In this document: piece after piece, positions 62,494-64,000 of the stretch | Position numbering within the stretch: the stretch's first letter is position 1 | Layout of the letters: each line of letters starts with the position of its first letter | NCBI GenBank assembly: GCA_963782035.1 | Contig: CAWAIW010000014.1 | Location: forward strand, 178,293 to 242,292 | Reading direction: 5' to 3' | DNA: 64,000 nt | DNA from: an uncultured Actinomycetota bacterium | Lineage (GTDB): Bacteria; Actinomycetota; Actinomycetes; Propionibacteriales; Nocardioidaceae | The notes under the pieces: model-generated | Database searches by the model: none | Told to the model about the DNA's origin: nothing | The model's input: only the letters and a program-made list of their open reading frames with translations | Program-made: the position numbers and the translations under genes

Positions 62494-63585
62494 TCAGCGC
62501 TCCCGGCCGATGGCCTTGCGGATGCCGCGTCGCGCCGAGGCCGGGACCAGCGCGCGCAGGCCGTGCGGGATCCGGTCCGCGCCGCGGGCGTGCTCCCCCA
62601 TCGGCGGGCGGCCCGCGGCGCCGTCGGCGTAGCCCTCGCGGCGCGAGGCCAGCGCGGTCGAGGACGCGATCGCCTCGGCCTCCTCGTAGAAGGAGGCGTA
62701 CGCCGACCGCATCTCGTCGAGGGTCGCGTGCACGTCGGGGCGGTCGCCGCCGTCGTCGGCGAGCTTGTCGAGGGCCGCCCAGCTCTCCTCGGCGATGTCG
62801 CGCAGCCGGGCCGGCACCTCGACGTCGTCCCACGTGAGCTGGACGCGACGCAGGTTCGGGTCGATGAACTGGTGCACCGCGCGGATGTCGTTGGCCGAGG
62901 CGGACTTCACCGCGAACAGGTCGAAGCGCTGGCCGATGCCGAACAGCGGGATGGTCCAGTCGGTGAGCAGGTCGCCGTAGCGGACGAACGCGCGCTGCGA
63001 GCCGCGGGTGGCGCGCTCGGTGTGCAGCATCATGTTGACCCAGGCGGCGGTGCGGTCGATCTCGCCGAAGCGGGTGGAGTAGTAGCGCTGCTTGCTGCCG
63101 ACCACCTCGGTCACGGGGCGCAGCATGGTGACGTACGCCGGGGTGGCCTCGCAGCGCAGCGCGGCCGACCGCCACAGCCCGAGGAACCAGGACAGCCGCG
63201 GGTCCTTGACGACGAGCTCCGGGGCCTCGGCGAACTGCTCCTCCAGCCAGGTGTGCAGGCGGGTGCGCAGCCGCTCGACGTTGGCGAGCTTGCCGGCCTC
63301 GAACCAGGCGGCCGGCCGGGCGTCGGAGACCGCGACGTTGCAGCGTTGGAGCAGGTCGGTGTGCAGGTCGACCACCCACTGCGGCTCGCCGAAGCCCTTG
63401 GGGTTGGTCTCGTCGGCGAGCACCTCGGGCTGCGGGACGTGCATGCCGAGGGTCTGCAGGGCGCCGGACATCGTGCTGGTGCCGCTGCGGCCGGAGCCGA
63501 CGACGAAGACGACGCGACGCTTCGGCGGGGCGGCGAGGCAGCCCGGCTCCAGCGCGGAGTCGGATCCGTCGGCGATGCCGGTCAC
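62494..63585 (-). CDS. Sulfotransferase family protein
   Basis: GSGRSGTS, NPKGFGE, VKDPR, LRP..V..S, VRYGDLL. Confidence 0.8.
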   Translation of the reverse strand: MTGIADGSDSALEPGCLAAPPKRRVVFVVGSGRSGTSTMSGALQTLGMHVPQPEVLADETNPKGFGEPQWVVDLHTDLLQRCNVAVSDARPAAWFEAGKLANVERLRTRLHTWLEEQFAEAPELVVKDPRLSWFLGLWRSAALRCEATPAYVTMLRPVTEVVGSKQRYYSTRFGEIDRTAAWVNMMLHTERATRGSQRAFVRYGDLLTDWTIPLFGIGQRFDLFAVKSASANDIRAVHQFIDPNLRRVQLTWDDVEVPARLRDIAEESWAALDKLADDGGDRPDVHATLDEMRSAYASFYEEAEAIASSTALASRREGYADGAAGRPPMGEHARGADRIPHGLRALVPASARRGIRKAIGRER

Positions 63586-64000
63586 CGGCGCCCCAGCAGG
63601 GCCGCGAGCTTCGCGCGCAGGGAGGGGACGGGCGCGGCGCGGGGGCGGCGGCCGGCCGGGGGCGGCGGGGCCGAGCCGGAGCGGCGGCTCCTCCTCGCCG
63701 TCCTCGTCGTCCTCGCGGTCCGAGGCGTCCGCGACGCCGGGCGCGGTCGGGCACGTCGTCGTGGTCCCAGGCGGCCTGCGGGTCCTCGGCCCGGCCGGCG
63801 GTGCCCTGCAGCCGTGGCCGGTGCACCTCCTGCCACGGCCAGAAGCCGACCTCGGCCGCGTCGAAGGTCCACGAGCCGAACAGCTCGTCGAGCACGTCGT
63901 CGAGGAACTCGCCGGACTTGATCACCCGGTGCGCCCGGGCCACCGCGGCGGTGCGCTCGATCCGGGCGACCGAGCCGTCGGGCATCCGGACCAGCCGCAG
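63582..64000 (-). CDS. 3' part of a gene truncated by the window edge (frameshifted)
   Basis: GC3-biased frame MPDGSVARIE...FWPW, acidic tail, GTGA overlap with next gene. Confidence 0.45.
   Translation of the reverse strand, partial: AAGPDARRLGRPDRAHRRGGPGAPGDQVRRVPRRRARRAVRLVDLRRGRGRLLAVAGGAPATAAGHRRPGRGPAGRLGPRRRARPRPASRTPRTARTTRTARRSRRSGSAPPPPAGRRPRAAPVPSLRAKLAALLGRR

Noticed and set aside
58511-64000. Pseudogene decay or programmed frameshifting (also at ~22420, 26200-26300, 39825, 55545)
   Set aside because: Scattered single-base shifts in GC runs with intact motifs and no in-frame stops fit long-read indel errors; needs polishing to confirm.

Overview
High-GC actinobacterial chromosome segment; gene content resembles Nocardioides/Marmoricola (inference). 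It carries about 60 mostly housekeeping or metabolic genes: pabAB, a PhzE-like TrpEG fusion, HelD, a SigK/RskA locus with fasciclin, molybdoenzyme and the Rv0449c-Rv0446c-like fatty-acid modification genes, an Atu-like acyl-CoA carboxylase operon, TadE/TadG, beta-oxidation genes, two ABC systems and the start of a sulfotransferase/glycosyltransferase/Ugd surface-glycan cluster. Several genes are broken by single-base shifts that look like long-read errors. The most striking signal is a family of ~40-bp palindromic repeats (GGTYTCGWGAC-hairpin-TCCTCRACCAVCG) at 12 loci, as monomers or ~100-110-bp inverted dimers. Eight loci sit in frame inside protein-coding genes, six of them in one operon, and both stems show compensatory base changes. 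No mobilising enzyme is in the window. At least three other small inverted-repeat families are present; one lies beside a displaced 27-bp copy of a gene 3' end.
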